DNA of 59,853 nucleotides, the filler included. It is 6 parts of 6 records of this genome, joined end to end, with 100 filler letters (N's around TTAATTAATTAA, not from the genome) between each part and the next. Parts side by side here need not be neighbours in the genome. Positions count along the whole stretch, not along the records: positions 15,629 to 42,804 come from SRR2962707_2128; 5 more parts are not named here. The stretch is one strand, 5' to 3'. This document shows, in pieces, positions 24,151 through 34,457 of this stretch (the first letter of the stretch is position 1; each line of letters starts with the position of its first letter). Both the position numbers and the translations under genes were made by a program. The notes below the pieces were generated by a model. That model saw nothing but the letters and a program-made list of their open reading frames with translations, was not told where the DNA came from and did no database searches.

Positions 24151-24175
24151 TTTATACCCTCTGCCCACAGGCTGA

Positions 24176-25450
24176 TTAATCTAATAAAGACGGAAGCCAC
24201 AGTGAAATAGCCGGAATATAAGAAACCAGTAAAAGCACTATGATGTTACAGATTAAGAACGGCCAAATAGCGCGCACAATGCGAGTCATCGGCAGATCAC
24301 TGATACCTGCAGCGACAAATAGACATACCCCAACCGGTGGTGTGGTTAAACCAATGATGAGATTCAGCACCGCCATAACGCCAAAATGGATTGGGTCCAT
24401 GCCGATGCCTTCCGCGACTTTTAACAGCGTCGGGAAAAGAATGATCAGCGCGGCGATGGTTTCCATAAAGCCGCCGACAATCAAGAGCACAATGTTGATG
24501 ATCAAGATCACCACAATTGGGTTTTCGCTGATGTCAAAAATTGCGTTGGCGAGCATTTGTGGTATTTGTTCGCTGGTGAGTATCCAGCCAAATAAGTTCG
24601 CCATGCCCACTAAGAGTAATAGGCTGGTGGAGCTTAATACTGTGCTGACTAACAGCTTCGGAAGGTTCTGCCAAGTGAGGCCTTTATAGACAAACATCCC
24701 AACGACAAAGGCATACAGGCTTGCCATGATGGAGGCTTCTGTTGGTGTGAAAAGCCCGCCAATGATGCCGTAGAGGATAATAAAGGTCATTAATAAGGCC
24801 CAAAAAGCCCCTTTGCCAACCGTATAAATCTCTTTTAATGTGGCACGTTTTTCACGAGGATATTGGCGTTTTACGGCAATAATATACGCCGTTATCATCA
24901 TAGCTAAACCTAGCATGATGCCGGGTACAACACCGGCTAGAAACATCTTGCCAACGGATATGCCGCTTAATGATCCGACGATAATCATAGGAACACTAGG
25001 TGGAATAATAGGGCCTATTGTCGAAGACGCGGCGGTTACAGCAGCGGCGAAGGGTTTGTCATAGCCACTTTTGGCCATGCCAGGAATCATCACAGCACCA
25101 ATGCTGGCGGTGTCGGCAACAGCGGTGCCAGAAATACCACCAAAAATCATCGAGCCACCAACGTTAGCAAGTCCTAGCCCACCACGAATATGGCCTAATA
25201 GCGCATTACTAAAGCGAATGATGTAATCGGTTATGTTGCCAACATTCATCAGATTGCCAGCGAGAATAAAGCCTGGGATACAGAGTAAAACAAAGGAATC
25301 CATCCCGGCATAAAGGCGTTGTGGAACAATGGTTAACGGAATGCCAGCGAGTGTTAAATAGGTGAGTGACGCAACCCCAAGGCAAAAAACAATAGGCACG
25401 CCGATGAGAAGAAGGGCGAAGAAAACAGCAAAAAGAATAATGACGTCCAT
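24176..25450 (-). CDS. TRAP transporter large permease (DctM)
   Basis: GGISGTAVADTA, IIPPS, FTPTEA, GLTTPPVG. Confidence 0.95.
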   Translation of the reverse strand: MDVIILFAVFFALLLIGVPIVFCLGVASLTYLTLAGIPLTIVPQRLYAGMDSFVLLCIPGFILAGNLMNVGNITDYIIRFSNALLGHIRGGLGLANVGGSMIFGGISGTAVADTASIGAVMIPGMAKSGYDKPFAAAVTAASSTIGPIIPPSVPMIIVGSLSGISVGKMFLAGVVPGIMLGLAMMITAYIIAVKRQYPREKRATLKEIYTVGKGAFWALLMTFIILYGIIGGLFTPTEASIMASLYAFVVGMFVYKGLTWQNLPKLLVSTVLSSTSLLLLVGMANLFGWILTSEQIPQMLANAIFDISENPIVVILIINIVLLIVGGFMETIAALIILFPTLLKVAEGIGMDPIHFGVMAVLNLIIGLTTPPVGVCLFVAAGISDLPMTRIVRAIWPFLICNIIVLLLVSYIPAISLWLPSLLD

Positions 25451-25995
25451 TATGGAGACACTCCTTGGTCATCGCGCTCAAGCAACACAAGCAAGGCACT
25501 CATCAGGCTATAAAAAGCGGTTAAGGCGAAGAAAAAACTGACCGATAAAAAAGCCCAATACATAGGAACTTCTAGGGCGGGGGAGGTTTGCCAGCGACCT
25601 ATTTGAGCGTATTTATAAGCATAAGGCAGGATATAGATAGAAAACCCTCCCACTAATAGGTGACAAAATACGTGGTAGACCTTAGTCCAGATCACGTTTA
25701 AGCCAGATTGAAAGAGTTCTAAGCGAACATGTTGGTTTTTGCTAATGACCAATCCTGAGCCCATGACAATTAGGTAAACAAACAAATAGCGCGACAGTTC
25801 TTCAGTCCAAATAGGAGAACTTGGTAGCAAAAAGCGTGAAAATACCTGCAAGATGACGACAGCAACAATGGCCAATAGTGCCAGGACAGACAACAAAGCA
25901 AACAAGCGGTCTGTCATGCGCAGTATGAGTTTTATTGCGCGTTCTAATTTGCCCGTGCATTGGGCAATAAACGTGTTTTGAGATGAGTGACTCAT
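25450..25995 (-). CDS. TRAP transporter small permease (DctQ)
   Basis: QVFSRF, WTEELSRY, SPAL. Confidence 0.9.
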   Translation of the reverse strand: MSHSSQNTFIAQCTGKLERAIKLILRMTDRLFALLSVLALLAIVAVVILQVFSRFLLPSSPIWTEELSRYLFVYLIVMGSGLVISKNQHVRLELFQSGLNVIWTKVYHVFCHLLVGGFSIYILPYAYKYAQIGRWQTSPALEVPMYWAFLSVSFFFALTAFYSLMSALLVLLERDDQGVSP

Positions 25996-26012
25996 CGCCT
26001 TTACTCCAGCGG

Positions 26013-26048
26013 CATCTACCTTTGCCTAACCTAAGGCAAAGGTAGATG
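26013..26048. terminator. Perfect 15-bp stem-loop between dctP and dctQ
   Basis: CATCTACCTTTGCCT...AGGCAAAGGTAGATG; no long U tail. Confidence 0.7.
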
Positions 26049-26060
26049 AATTAACCTAAT

Positions 26061-27017
26061 TTAGATCTTTTTGAATAGCTCAAGTTGCTCATCGGTTAGC
26101 GCTTCTTGAACGGCTTCTTTTGCTTTCGCTTTAAAAGCTTCTAGGTCTGGTGTGACAAACTCCATACCGTGAGACTCCAGTGTTGTTCTTAGCTGGGCTT
26201 CATCGCTGGCGAACATCTTATGCTCGTAAGTTTGCATTTGTTTACCCGCATCTAAGACTATTGCTTGCAGATCCGCTGGCATGCTGTTCAATTTGTCTTG
26301 TCCGATAACAACATAGATCCAACTGCGTACGTGGCCAGTCAAATTGACATATTTTTGCACTTCGTAGAAGCTGGCACTGTTGATCAAACTGAGTGGATTC
26401 TCTTGTCCATCAATGGTGTTTTGTTGCAACGAGGTAAATACTTCGCTAAAAGCCATAGGGATTGGTTTGGCACCTAGTGCTTGCCATGTTTTAACGAACA
26501 GAGGCACGTTAGGAACCCGTAACTTCAGACCATTTAGATCATCGGGTGTCATAATTTTGCGATTAGACGTTAAATGACGAGGGCCACGCTCAAACCAAGC
26601 AATCGGCTTCAAACCGGTGCGTTGTGTGATTTGCTCACTGATTTCTTTACCCACTTCGCCATTGACCGCTTTGGTCAGTTGCTCGGAACTGGTAAATGCA
26701 TAAGGCACGGCCATTAAGGCGGCTTTTGGTGCCCAGTTTTGCAATGATTCGCCGGTGATTGTCATATCGGCAGTGCCTAATTGAATGCTGTTGATTACAT
26801 CCATTTCTTTACCAAGTTGCTCACTTGGGTAAAGTTTCACTTCGATACGGCCATTGGACTCAGTTTCAGCGACTTCTTTGAATTTCATCGCGGCTTTGTG
26901 CCAAATATTCTCTTCATTAGCTGGGTGGCCAAATTTCAATGTAACTTCGGCGGCTTGAGACAATCCTGCTAGTAGAACTGAGGATATTAAAGCGAGTTTG
27001 AACATAGGTTTGATCAT
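26061..27017 (-). CDS. TRAP transporter substrate-binding protein (DctP)
   Basis: Signal peptide; GPRH, KLRVP, EVFTSLQQNTIDGQENP. Confidence 0.95.
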   Translation of the reverse strand: MIKPMFKLALISSVLLAGLSQAAEVTLKFGHPANEENIWHKAAMKFKEVAETESNGRIEVKLYPSEQLGKEMDVINSIQLGTADMTITGESLQNWAPKAALMAVPYAFTSSEQLTKAVNGEVGKEISEQITQRTGLKPIAWFERGPRHLTSNRKIMTPDDLNGLKLRVPNVPLFVKTWQALGAKPIPMAFSEVFTSLQQNTIDGQENPLSLINSASFYEVQKYVNLTGHVRSWIYVVIGQDKLNSMPADLQAIVLDAGKQMQTYEHKMFASDEAQLRTTLESHGMEFVTPDLEAFKAKAKEAVQEALTDEQLELFKKI

Positions 27018-27061
27018 AAATAACTCCGTTTTTTTATTGTTAGATTTAAGGGTTTTTACTG

Positions 27062-28084
27062 TTACTCGCTCATCTCTACAAGCACTTTACGAGTGAGTTC
27101 TGGGTGGTTCTCCATTAGCTGGATTCCCTCGGATATTTCATTCAACGAGATTCGATGGCTGATCATAGCCAGCGGATCAAGACGACCTGACGCAATCATT
27201 TCTAATACTTGTGGAAAGCGGCGGTTGTTCAATCGAGAGCCGACAATCGTCAACTCTTTTTTGATGACTTCTATCTGTGCTAAATCACTGGGTACTGAGT
27301 TAAACCCCAGTAAACCAATACGACCTGCAGGGCAGGCAATGCGTAGAATTTCTGGCAGTAACGAAGGGATGCAAGCCGCGTCAGCAATAAGTGGTACGCC
27401 TTCTCCTTTCGTCAGTTCTTGAATGCGTTCTTCAACATTGTCGTGACGGCTGTTAATAATGTCGGTTGCTCCGAGTGCTAAAGCATTCTCTAGACGCTCC
27501 TCAACAATGTCGGTGACAATGATGCGCTCGATCCCCATAGCTTTAGCGACCTGAACTATGGTCAAGCCAATCACGCCTGCGCCATAAACCAATAAGCTGT
27601 CACCTGGCAGTGGTCCCATCCTGGTCAGTACATTGGTTGCGATAGAGTAGGGTTCAACCAAAGCGGCTTGCTCTAATGTGACGGTATCCGGTAACACCAC
27701 AACGTTGCTAGCGGGGGCGCTGGTGAATTCCCCAAATCCCCCATTGCGATGCACGCCAAGCACCTGAAGGTTTGCACAGACATTGACGCGGCCGATTCGG
27801 CAGGGGTAACACTCTCCACAACTGATGACAGGGTCCACGCAGACTCTATCGCCTGGTTTAAGGTTTTCTACTCCCTCCCCAACTGCGACTATGACGCCAG
27901 AGAACTCATGACCTGTAATGCGAGGGAATTGCACAAATGGATTTTGACCATGAATGATGTGGAGATCTGACCCGCAGATGCCGGCAAATGAGGTTTTGAT
28001 CAAGACTTCTCCCGGTTCGGCTTGGGGGGATTGAACCTCAATCAGAGCATAGTCATTGATGTTTGCTACTTGGAACGCTTTCAT
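27062..28084 (-). CDS. rspB: Zn-dependent dehydrogenase, RspB / L-gulonate 5-dehydrogenase-like
   Basis: GICGSD, GHEF, Cys4, KELTIVGSRLN; directly after rspA/manD. Confidence 0.8.
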   Translation of the reverse strand: MKAFQVANINDYALIEVQSPQAEPGEVLIKTSFAGICGSDLHIIHGQNPFVQFPRITGHEFSGVIVAVGEGVENLKPGDRVCVDPVISCGECYPCRIGRVNVCANLQVLGVHRNGGFGEFTSAPASNVVVLPDTVTLEQAALVEPYSIATNVLTRMGPLPGDSLLVYGAGVIGLTIVQVAKAMGIERIIVTDIVEERLENALALGATDIINSRHDNVEERIQELTKGEGVPLIADAACIPSLLPEILRIACPAGRIGLLGFNSVPSDLAQIEVIKKELTIVGSRLNNRRFPQVLEMIASGRLDPLAMISHRISLNEISEGIQLMENHPELTRKVLVEMSE

Positions 28085-28089
28085 TGTTT

Positions 28090-29301
28090 TCACCAATTCC
28101 ATAAGGTGCCGTCTTCCAGTCGATTAACGGGAAGGTAAGCAGGTTTATAGGGGTAATTTGCGGCTAATTCTTCGTTGATATCCACGCCATGACCTGGGGC
28201 TTCTCCAGGTGTAAAGAAGCCCTCTTTAAATTGGTAGGCATGGGGGAAAACCGCCTCTGTTTCTGGGCTGTGAGGCATGTGCTCTTGAATGCCAAAATTA
28301 GGGACCCAAGTATCAAAATGCAAAGCGCTTCCCATGCAAACAGGCGACAAGTCAGTCGCTCCATGGAAACCTGTTTTGACTTGGTAGAGCGCCGCAAAGT
28401 CGGCAATTCTACGTACATTCGTAATCCCGCCTGCGTGTGTAATAGGCGCGCGAATATAATCAATTAATTGATTTTGAATGAGTTCTTGGCAGTCATGTAA
28501 GCTGTTAAAAACTTCGCCTACCGCCAATGGCGTAGTGGTGTGTTTGCGTATTAATTCAAACGCAGCTTGGTTTTCTGCTGGCGTGCAGTCTTCTAACCAA
28601 AATAAGTGATAAGGCTCAACTTCTTTGCCTAATCTGGCCGCTTGAATGGGGGTTAACCTATGGTGTACATCGTGCAAAATATGCAGTTCTTCACCGAACC
28701 TTTCACGCACCGCTTTAAATAGAGACGGCACGTGGTTTAAGTATTTTTCAGTCGACCATACATGTTCAGAAGGCAAGCAGGCATCGGCTGGTTCGTAAGG
28801 CTTTCCTGCTTCTTTAGCCACACCGTAAGTCGTTGCTATGCCTGGAATGCCGCATTGTACGCGTACCGCTTTGTAGCCTAGTTCAATATGGCGTTCCACT
28901 TCAGTTAAGCAACTTTCGATGTCTAAGCCTGTGGTGTGCCCGTAAACCATGACTTTGTCACGGCTTTTTCCGCCGAGTAATTGATAAAGAGGTAGCTCTG
29001 CAATTTTTGCTTTGATGTCCCATAGTGCGACATCGACAGCGGCAATTGCCGTCATACTAATAGGACCACGGCGCCAGTAAGCTCCACGGTATAAATACTG
29101 CCAAATATCTTCGATTCGATGGGGGTCTTTGCCAATTAAGGTGGGAATGACATGGTCTTGTAAATAGGATACAACGGCTAATTCACGGCCATTGAGAGTC
29201 GCATCGCCAATACCATAGACGCCAGAATCTGTTTCTATTTTCAGTGTAACGAGGTTGCGGCCTGGGCAAGTGACTATTACTTTGGCTGATATGATTTTCA
29301 T
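28090..29301 (-). CDS. manD: Enolase-superfamily D-mannonate dehydratase (ManD/RspA)
   Basis: [50 protein letters not shown]. Confidence 0.95.
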   Translation of the reverse strand: MKIISAKVIVTCPGRNLVTLKIETDSGVYGIGDATLNGRELAVVSYLQDHVIPTLIGKDPHRIEDIWQYLYRGAYWRRGPISMTAIAAVDVALWDIKAKIAELPLYQLLGGKSRDKVMVYGHTTGLDIESCLTEVERHIELGYKAVRVQCGIPGIATTYGVAKEAGKPYEPADACLPSEHVWSTEKYLNHVPSLFKAVRERFGEELHILHDVHHRLTPIQAARLGKEVEPYHLFWLEDCTPAENQAAFELIRKHTTTPLAVGEVFNSLHDCQELIQNQLIDYIRAPITHAGGITNVRRIADFAALYQVKTGFHGATDLSPVCMGSALHFDTWVPNFGIQEHMPHSPETEAVFPHAYQFKEGFFTPGEAPGHGVDINEELAANYPYKPAYLPVNRLEDGTLWNW

Positions 29302-29324
29302 GAAATGACACCTAGTTATTATTT

Positions 29325-29484
29325 TTTGGCATACCAAATTCAATCTGTTGGCTAAAAGTAGCGTGAAAAAAAGACAAAAACAAGGCCTCAGTTAAAATTG
29401 GCATACCAAATTTAGGTTTAAAATGAGTTTTTTGATTAAATAATCGACTTCCATGAGTGCTTCGGTAAAAATGGCATACCAGAT
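29325..29484. promoter_or_regulatory. Three UxuR/ExuR-type operators (TGGCATACCA core) between manD and the GntR gene
   Basis: TTTGGCATACCAAA at 29325, AATTGGCATACCAAATTT at 29396, ATGGCATACCAGAT at 29471. Confidence 0.8.
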
Positions 29485-29509
29485 TGTTTGATACTTTTAA
29501 GAAAATATT

Positions 29510-30238
29510 ATGGCTGAACGACTGTATAGAGAGATTGGGCAAAAGATTAGGCTCGAAATAGAAAAATCCGCGTTACAGGTGGGGGATAAGCTGCCGACGG
29601 AGCGTGTTTATGCAGAGCTTTTTGGGGTCAGTCGAACCTTGGTTCGAGAAGCCTTCATCATGCTCGAAATCGAAGACTTGATTGAAGTGAGAAAAGGCTC
29701 AGGCAGCTACTTAAAAAATACACTTTCTTCACAAACGTCACTGCCAGAGATATCCGATGTAGGGCCGTTTGAAATGCTGCAAGCTCGACAAGTTCTCGAA
29801 AGTGCGATTGCAGCGCAAGCGGCGCTGTCTATTACAAAAGCGGACATTCAGAAACTGCAAGAAACCTTGGCGTTGGAAGGGGCTGAACTGAACTCTGTCG
29901 AGAAAGCCAATTCGGCGGACAGAGAGTTTCACTTGTTAATCGCAAAAGCGACGCAAAACACCTTGCTGTTAGACACGGCGACTCGATTGTGGGAAATGCG
30001 CGACAGTAATCCTATGTGGCACCAGCTGCACGCACGGATCAAAGACTCTTCCTACCATGGTCAGTGGATTGATGATCATAAGGACATTTTGACGCAATTG
30101 AAAAAGCGCAGTGAAAGTGGCGCAAGACAAGCCATGTGGCAGCATTTAGAGAATGTAAAACAAACCTTGTTTGCTTTATCAGATACCGAAGCGCCAGATT
30201 TTGACGGCTATATATTTGCCCAACCTAATAAAAGTTAA
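29510..30238 (+). CDS. GntR/FadR-family regulator (ExuR/UxuR-like)
   Basis: KLPTER..FGVSRTLVREA HTH, GPFEMLQARQ, FCD domain, FDGYIF tail. Confidence 0.9.
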   Translation: MAERLYREIGQKIRLEIEKSALQVGDKLPTERVYAELFGVSRTLVREAFIMLEIEDLIEVRKGSGSYLKNTLSSQTSLPEISDVGPFEMLQARQVLESAIAAQAALSITKADIQKLQETLALEGAELNSVEKANSADREFHLLIAKATQNTLLLDTATRLWEMRDSNPMWHQLHARIKDSSYHGQWIDDHKDILTQLKKRSESGARQAMWQHLENVKQTLFALSDTEAPDFDGYIFAQPNKS

Positions 30239-30319
30239 GCAGTCTAGGAAAGGTGCGAATCAGTCGTCTAAGCCTCAGGCCTTAAGAGAAATCGTCAATT
30301 AAGGCGCGACGCTGACGCC

Positions 30320-33300
30320 TTATTGCTTGGTGCGTTTCAATGTTTCAATGTCCTCCATGAGTTCTGTTAGTAGGGGAGTGATTGAAATGTCTTTTTCATT
30401 CAATTGCGCTTCAAACTCTGCACAGCTTGCAAACAACGACATGGCACCTATGTTGCCACTGACGCCTTTTAACTTGTGTACGTAGGCTGTTTTTTCCGCA
30501 TAGGTTAATGTTTCATTGCTGACATTAAGTTCTGCATAGTCGGCTAGGAAAGAGTCTAATACTGTGTAATAGGCATCACTGCCGATCCATTTGAATATAG
30601 TGTTTGATAGATCAAAGCGGTCCATTTGATTGAGCTCGTCTAAGCTTATCTCACTTGTTTTGGGGATGACGATTGGGGCGCTATCTACGGTTTTCTCTTT
30701 GTCTATCACGGTTTGCTCTGGCCAATAGTCGATGATGGCTTGCATCAACTTGTTCATATCTATTGGTTTTGGAACATGGCTATTCATACCCACTTCTTTG
30801 GACGTATGAAACTCTTGCTCTGTGACGCCTGCTGATAATGCAATGATAGGGAGTTCGTCTAAGGAGAAGCTATGTCGAATGATCTTGGTGGCTTCTAATC
30901 CATCCATCACGGGCATTTGAACGTCCATAAAGACGATATCAAAATCATTGTTGTGCACGCTATCAACCGCTTTTTGGCCATTGTTGGCAAGCACGACATT
31001 GATGTTAACGCTTTTAAAAATCTCCGAAATAATACTTTGGTTGGTTAAATTATCTTCCACCAGCAGTATTTTTGGCGCCCCGATGCGAGCAACTCGATCA
31101 ATAATCTTAGCCTCTAATGTTTTGACTAGGTTGCTACTGTCATCTTCGACAAGCTGAATGTTAGGCACTAATTCTAGGTTTTGCAGCAGCTCTAGAAAGT
31201 TAGAGACAGTAACGGGCTTCTTAATAAAATACACTTCGATAGCCGTGTCTTTGTAGGTTCTCGCGTTTTGCTCGTTAGATGACATTAACACCAGCTTGGT
31301 TAGGCCGAGCTGCTTAGTAGAAAAACGGTCGATAACAGTTTGCACATCGTCTAGGGAAACAGGGTTCTCGATGTCGAAGATGATGAAATCGAGCGGGTTA
31401 TCGCTTGTTGAAAGTGACTGAATGGCATTCTCTAGCTCATCTTGAGTGGAGATGGCGGTGGCATTACAGCCCCAATGGCGAAAGAGCTTATTAATAAAGT
31501 CTGAGCTTTTGTTTATTTTGTTGATGACCCATACGTTGAGTGCGTAGATGTTGATTTTTTCACGATCGATCACGCTCTCTTCTTTCACCACGTCTAGCTC
31601 TAGAGTGAAGCCGAACTCTGACCCTTTACCCAGCTCGCTTTTGATTTCTAAGTCAGATCCCATCGAACGTAATAGTTCTTTAGAGATCGATAACCCTAAT
31701 CCTGTGCCGCCGTTTTCTTTTGATACCGTGTTGTCGGCTTGGGTGAATTTTTCACCTAATGTCGCAACCAGAGAGTCGGACATGCCAACGCCTTGGTCTA
31801 TGACGGCACAAGACAGTGTTAATGTCTTCTTACTGTTCGTGGTGTAGCTCACGGCAAGCGTAATGGGTTTGCCACCACTGAATTTAATGGCATTGCTGAG
31901 TAAGTTGTTAATGACTTGTTCAATTCGATATTCATCCCCTAAGCAATAGTAGAAGAATAAGCTAGGTTCCATATCCAGTAATAATTCAGAGCCGTTTAAA
32001 TTAGCGGAGCCATTGAAGGTTGATATGCTGCGCTCTATGGTAAGAGATGGTCTAAATTCCGATTTGGAAAGAACAGACTTTCCGCTTTCTATTTTGCTCA
32101 GGTCTAAAATGTCATTGATGATTCTTCGTAAGCCATCGGAAGAATCTTTGATAATTTTCAGGCGTTTGACGATTTTCTCATCTAGTTCTTCTTTGAGTAG
32201 TAGCTCTAGCAACCCTGATATTGCGGTCATTGGGGTGCGTATTTCATGGCTCATATTGGCGAGGAATTGAGATTTAAACGCTCTGGAGTTTTCAGATATT
32301 TTGAGTTGCTTGTTCAGTTCACTGTTTAATCGGATGACTTTTTGATCAGACCTGTGAATTAATATTAACAGCAAGATCCCAGATATTAATGCAATAAGCC
32401 CAATGATGGATGACTCAAGGATATTGTCTTTAAATAGACGATCCAAATAGGTTTGTTTGGTTGAAACAAGTAGATAAATGCTCTCTTCTGCTCTTACTTG
32501 TGGGGCGTAATCGACGCCACCAAGGGTGTGGTAAGGTAGATTTTTAGCGCCTGATTTGATGGCTTCGAACTCATCTCTCTTCTGGTAGAAACCTTCTAAC
32601 GTCTGCTTATTTCCATTCAAAACGCCATTGTTGAGTATGTCTAGGAAAGAGGAATCAGAGAACGAGTTAGAATAACGCAAGCTGCCTTGCTCGTTAAATA
32701 AATCAACATCGATGCCCGGTGAGCTTAGCTGATTCAGTTTCTGGAAAAGGTCATTTAAATTGAAGTTGATGACGATAATGCCTTGGAACTGATTTTCAGC
32801 GTCTTTAATCGGTGTGGCCAGTCTTATCGTTGGCTGATAAGGCGTTACTATGACGTTGTTTTCTATATTCAAATCCAGTTTAGACAAATAGATGTAGCCA
32901 CTGCTTAACTCCTTCGCTTCGGTGAAGTAGTAGCGCCCGGATTTGTTTTGTAATTGGTCTTTGTCTACGACGCTAATCTCGTCTTTTTTACCCTTTTCCA
33001 AGGTTCGATTCATGCGGTAGCGTTCCAGGCCATTTTTATCAATCCATCGTACTTGAGTGACGGACTTATTCATCAAGAATGAATTTCTAAAGATGGTATC
33101 AAGGTCGTTATAGGCGCCTTTGGTTGAATCTTTTATTTTAAATATATCCTGCTGAACGCCTTGAAAGGTAACGTGAATGGTGGTGTCTACGCTGTCCCAA
33201 TAGAATTTATTTAAGATGCTGTCTGCGTTGCTATAAACACGATTCACTTCAGAAACCACATGGGAGTTGGAAAAACTTTCCCTGCGCTCAAAATCCAAAT

Positions 33301-33379
33301 AGACAAGCACAATGGAAACCGCCAGCACGAAAGGCAAAATGAGAATGGCAATGAATCTTGGCTTCAGTATGTTATTCAT
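30320..33379 (-). CDS. Hybrid sensor histidine kinase (Cache-like sensor, HisKA, HATPase, degenerate REC, REC, HPt)
   Basis: FLANMSHEIRTP, NLLSNAIKF, GGTGLGL, FMDVQMPVMDG, HKLKGVSGNIGA. Confidence 0.93.
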   Translation of the reverse strand: MNNILKPRFIAILILPFVLAVSIVLVYLDFERRESFSNSHVVSEVNRVYSNADSILNKFYWDSVDTTIHVTFQGVQQDIFKIKDSTKGAYNDLDTIFRNSFLMNKSVTQVRWIDKNGLERYRMNRTLEKGKKDEISVVDKDQLQNKSGRYYFTEAKELSSGYIYLSKLDLNIENNVIVTPYQPTIRLATPIKDAENQFQGIIVINFNLNDLFQKLNQLSSPGIDVDLFNEQGSLRYSNSFSDSSFLDILNNGVLNGNKQTLEGFYQKRDEFEAIKSGAKNLPYHTLGGVDYAPQVRAEESIYLLVSTKQTYLDRLFKDNILESSIIGLIALISGILLLILIHRSDQKVIRLNSELNKQLKISENSRAFKSQFLANMSHEIRTPMTAISGLLELLLKEELDEKIVKRLKIIKDSSDGLRRIINDILDLSKIESGKSVLSKSEFRPSLTIERSISTFNGSANLNGSELLLDMEPSLFFYYCLGDEYRIEQVINNLLSNAIKFSGGKPITLAVSYTTNSKKTLTLSCAVIDQGVGMSDSLVATLGEKFTQADNTVSKENGGTGLGLSISKELLRSMGSDLEIKSELGKGSEFGFTLELDVVKEESVIDREKINIYALNVWVINKINKSSDFINKLFRHWGCNATAISTQDELENAIQSLSTSDNPLDFIIFDIENPVSLDDVQTVIDRFSTKQLGLTKLVLMSSNEQNARTYKDTAIEVYFIKKPVTVSNFLELLQNLELVPNIQLVEDDSSNLVKTLEAKIIDRVARIGAPKILLVEDNLTNQSIISEIFKSVNINVVLANNGQKAVDSVHNNDFDIVFMDVQMPVMDGLEATKIIRHSFSLDELPIIALSAGVTEQEFHTSKEVGMNSHVPKPIDMNKLMQAIIDYWPEQTVIDKEKTVDSAPIVIPKTSEISLDELNQMDRFDLSNTIFKWIGSDAYYTVLDSFLADYAELNVSNETLTYAEKTAYVHKLKGVSGNIGAMSLFASCAEFEAQLNEKDISITPLLTELMEDIETLKRTKQ

Positions 33380-33666
33380 AATAGGGGTATCAGCCTAAGC
33401 AAATGCATGAGCATTTGTATTAGAGGGTTATAAAAATGTGAGAAACGGTATGGTTAATAACGATAGGGATAATGCATCGTCTTCTATATAAAGAGCCGAA
33501 GCGTAGCCAATCTCATTCAGATCTCTACTCTATCGTTTAGCGTGAAGGTGAACAAGTATTCCTGCGCCAAGCGCTGAGAAACTGGTCAGATAAGTCATCC
33601 AATAAGAGGTCTTACTCGTATAGGGTTAAAGGTACTCACAATTCCTCTGACTCATAAGGAGATAAC

Positions 33667-34332
33667 ATGATAACGCTTCACCATTTGGAACAATCTCGCT
33701 CACAGCGAGTGTTGTGGTTACTGGAAGAATTAGGGCTGGCTTACGAGGTGATTCAATATCAGCGGGACCCTGTCACCCTGGCCGCACCAGAGTCGCTTTT
33801 CAGTATACACCCTCTTGGCAAAGCGCCGATTTTGAGTGACGGCGAGCTGGTGATTGCAGAGTCTGGTGCGATTATCGAATACTTGATTGAGCGGTACGAT
33901 CTGGATGGGCGTTTCAGACCTGCTGCAGGGCAGGCTTTATTAGATTATCGTTATTGGCTGCATTTTGCGGAAGGCTCCTTAATGCCACTATTGGTGATGA
34001 AGCTAGTGTTTACCAAGATAACGACCAGTCCAATGCCTTTTTTTGCCAAGCCGATTGCCAAATCGATTGGTCAAAAAGTTCACTCGAGTTTCTTAATCCC
34101 TAGATTGATGCCTCAGCTGGCGTTTATTGAGCGTACTTTAGCAGAACGTACTTGGTTTGCTGGTGATCGTGTCTCTGGGGCAGACATTCAAATGAGTTTT
34201 CCCTTAATCGCAGCAAGCGCTCGTCTTGACCTGTCTGCTTACCCTAATATTGACCGCTTTATAAAACAGGTCGAAGCCATGCCTCATTACCAAAAAGCGA
34301 TAAAGAGAGTGACAACTGGCGAGACCGCGTAA
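33667..34332 (+). CDS. Glutathione S-transferase
   Basis: SRSQRVLWLLEEL, HPLGKAP, ESGAI, ADIQMSFP. Confidence 0.93.
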   Translation: MITLHHLEQSRSQRVLWLLEELGLAYEVIQYQRDPVTLAAPESLFSIHPLGKAPILSDGELVIAESGAIIEYLIERYDLDGRFRPAAGQALLDYRYWLHFAEGSLMPLLVMKLVFTKITTSPMPFFAKPIAKSIGQKVHSSFLIPRLMPQLAFIERTLAERTWFAGDRVSGADIQMSFPLIAASARLDLSAYPNIDRFIKQVEAMPHYQKAIKRVTTGETA

Positions 34333-34457
34333 GCGTCTAATTTGATGATTATGTGGAGGAAATAGACACTTTGCTTGATGATCGACAAACAAAGTGTCTT
34401 GAGAAACCTTTAGCCAGCGGCGACAATATTGCTTTATTCATCAGCGCTTATCTTTTT

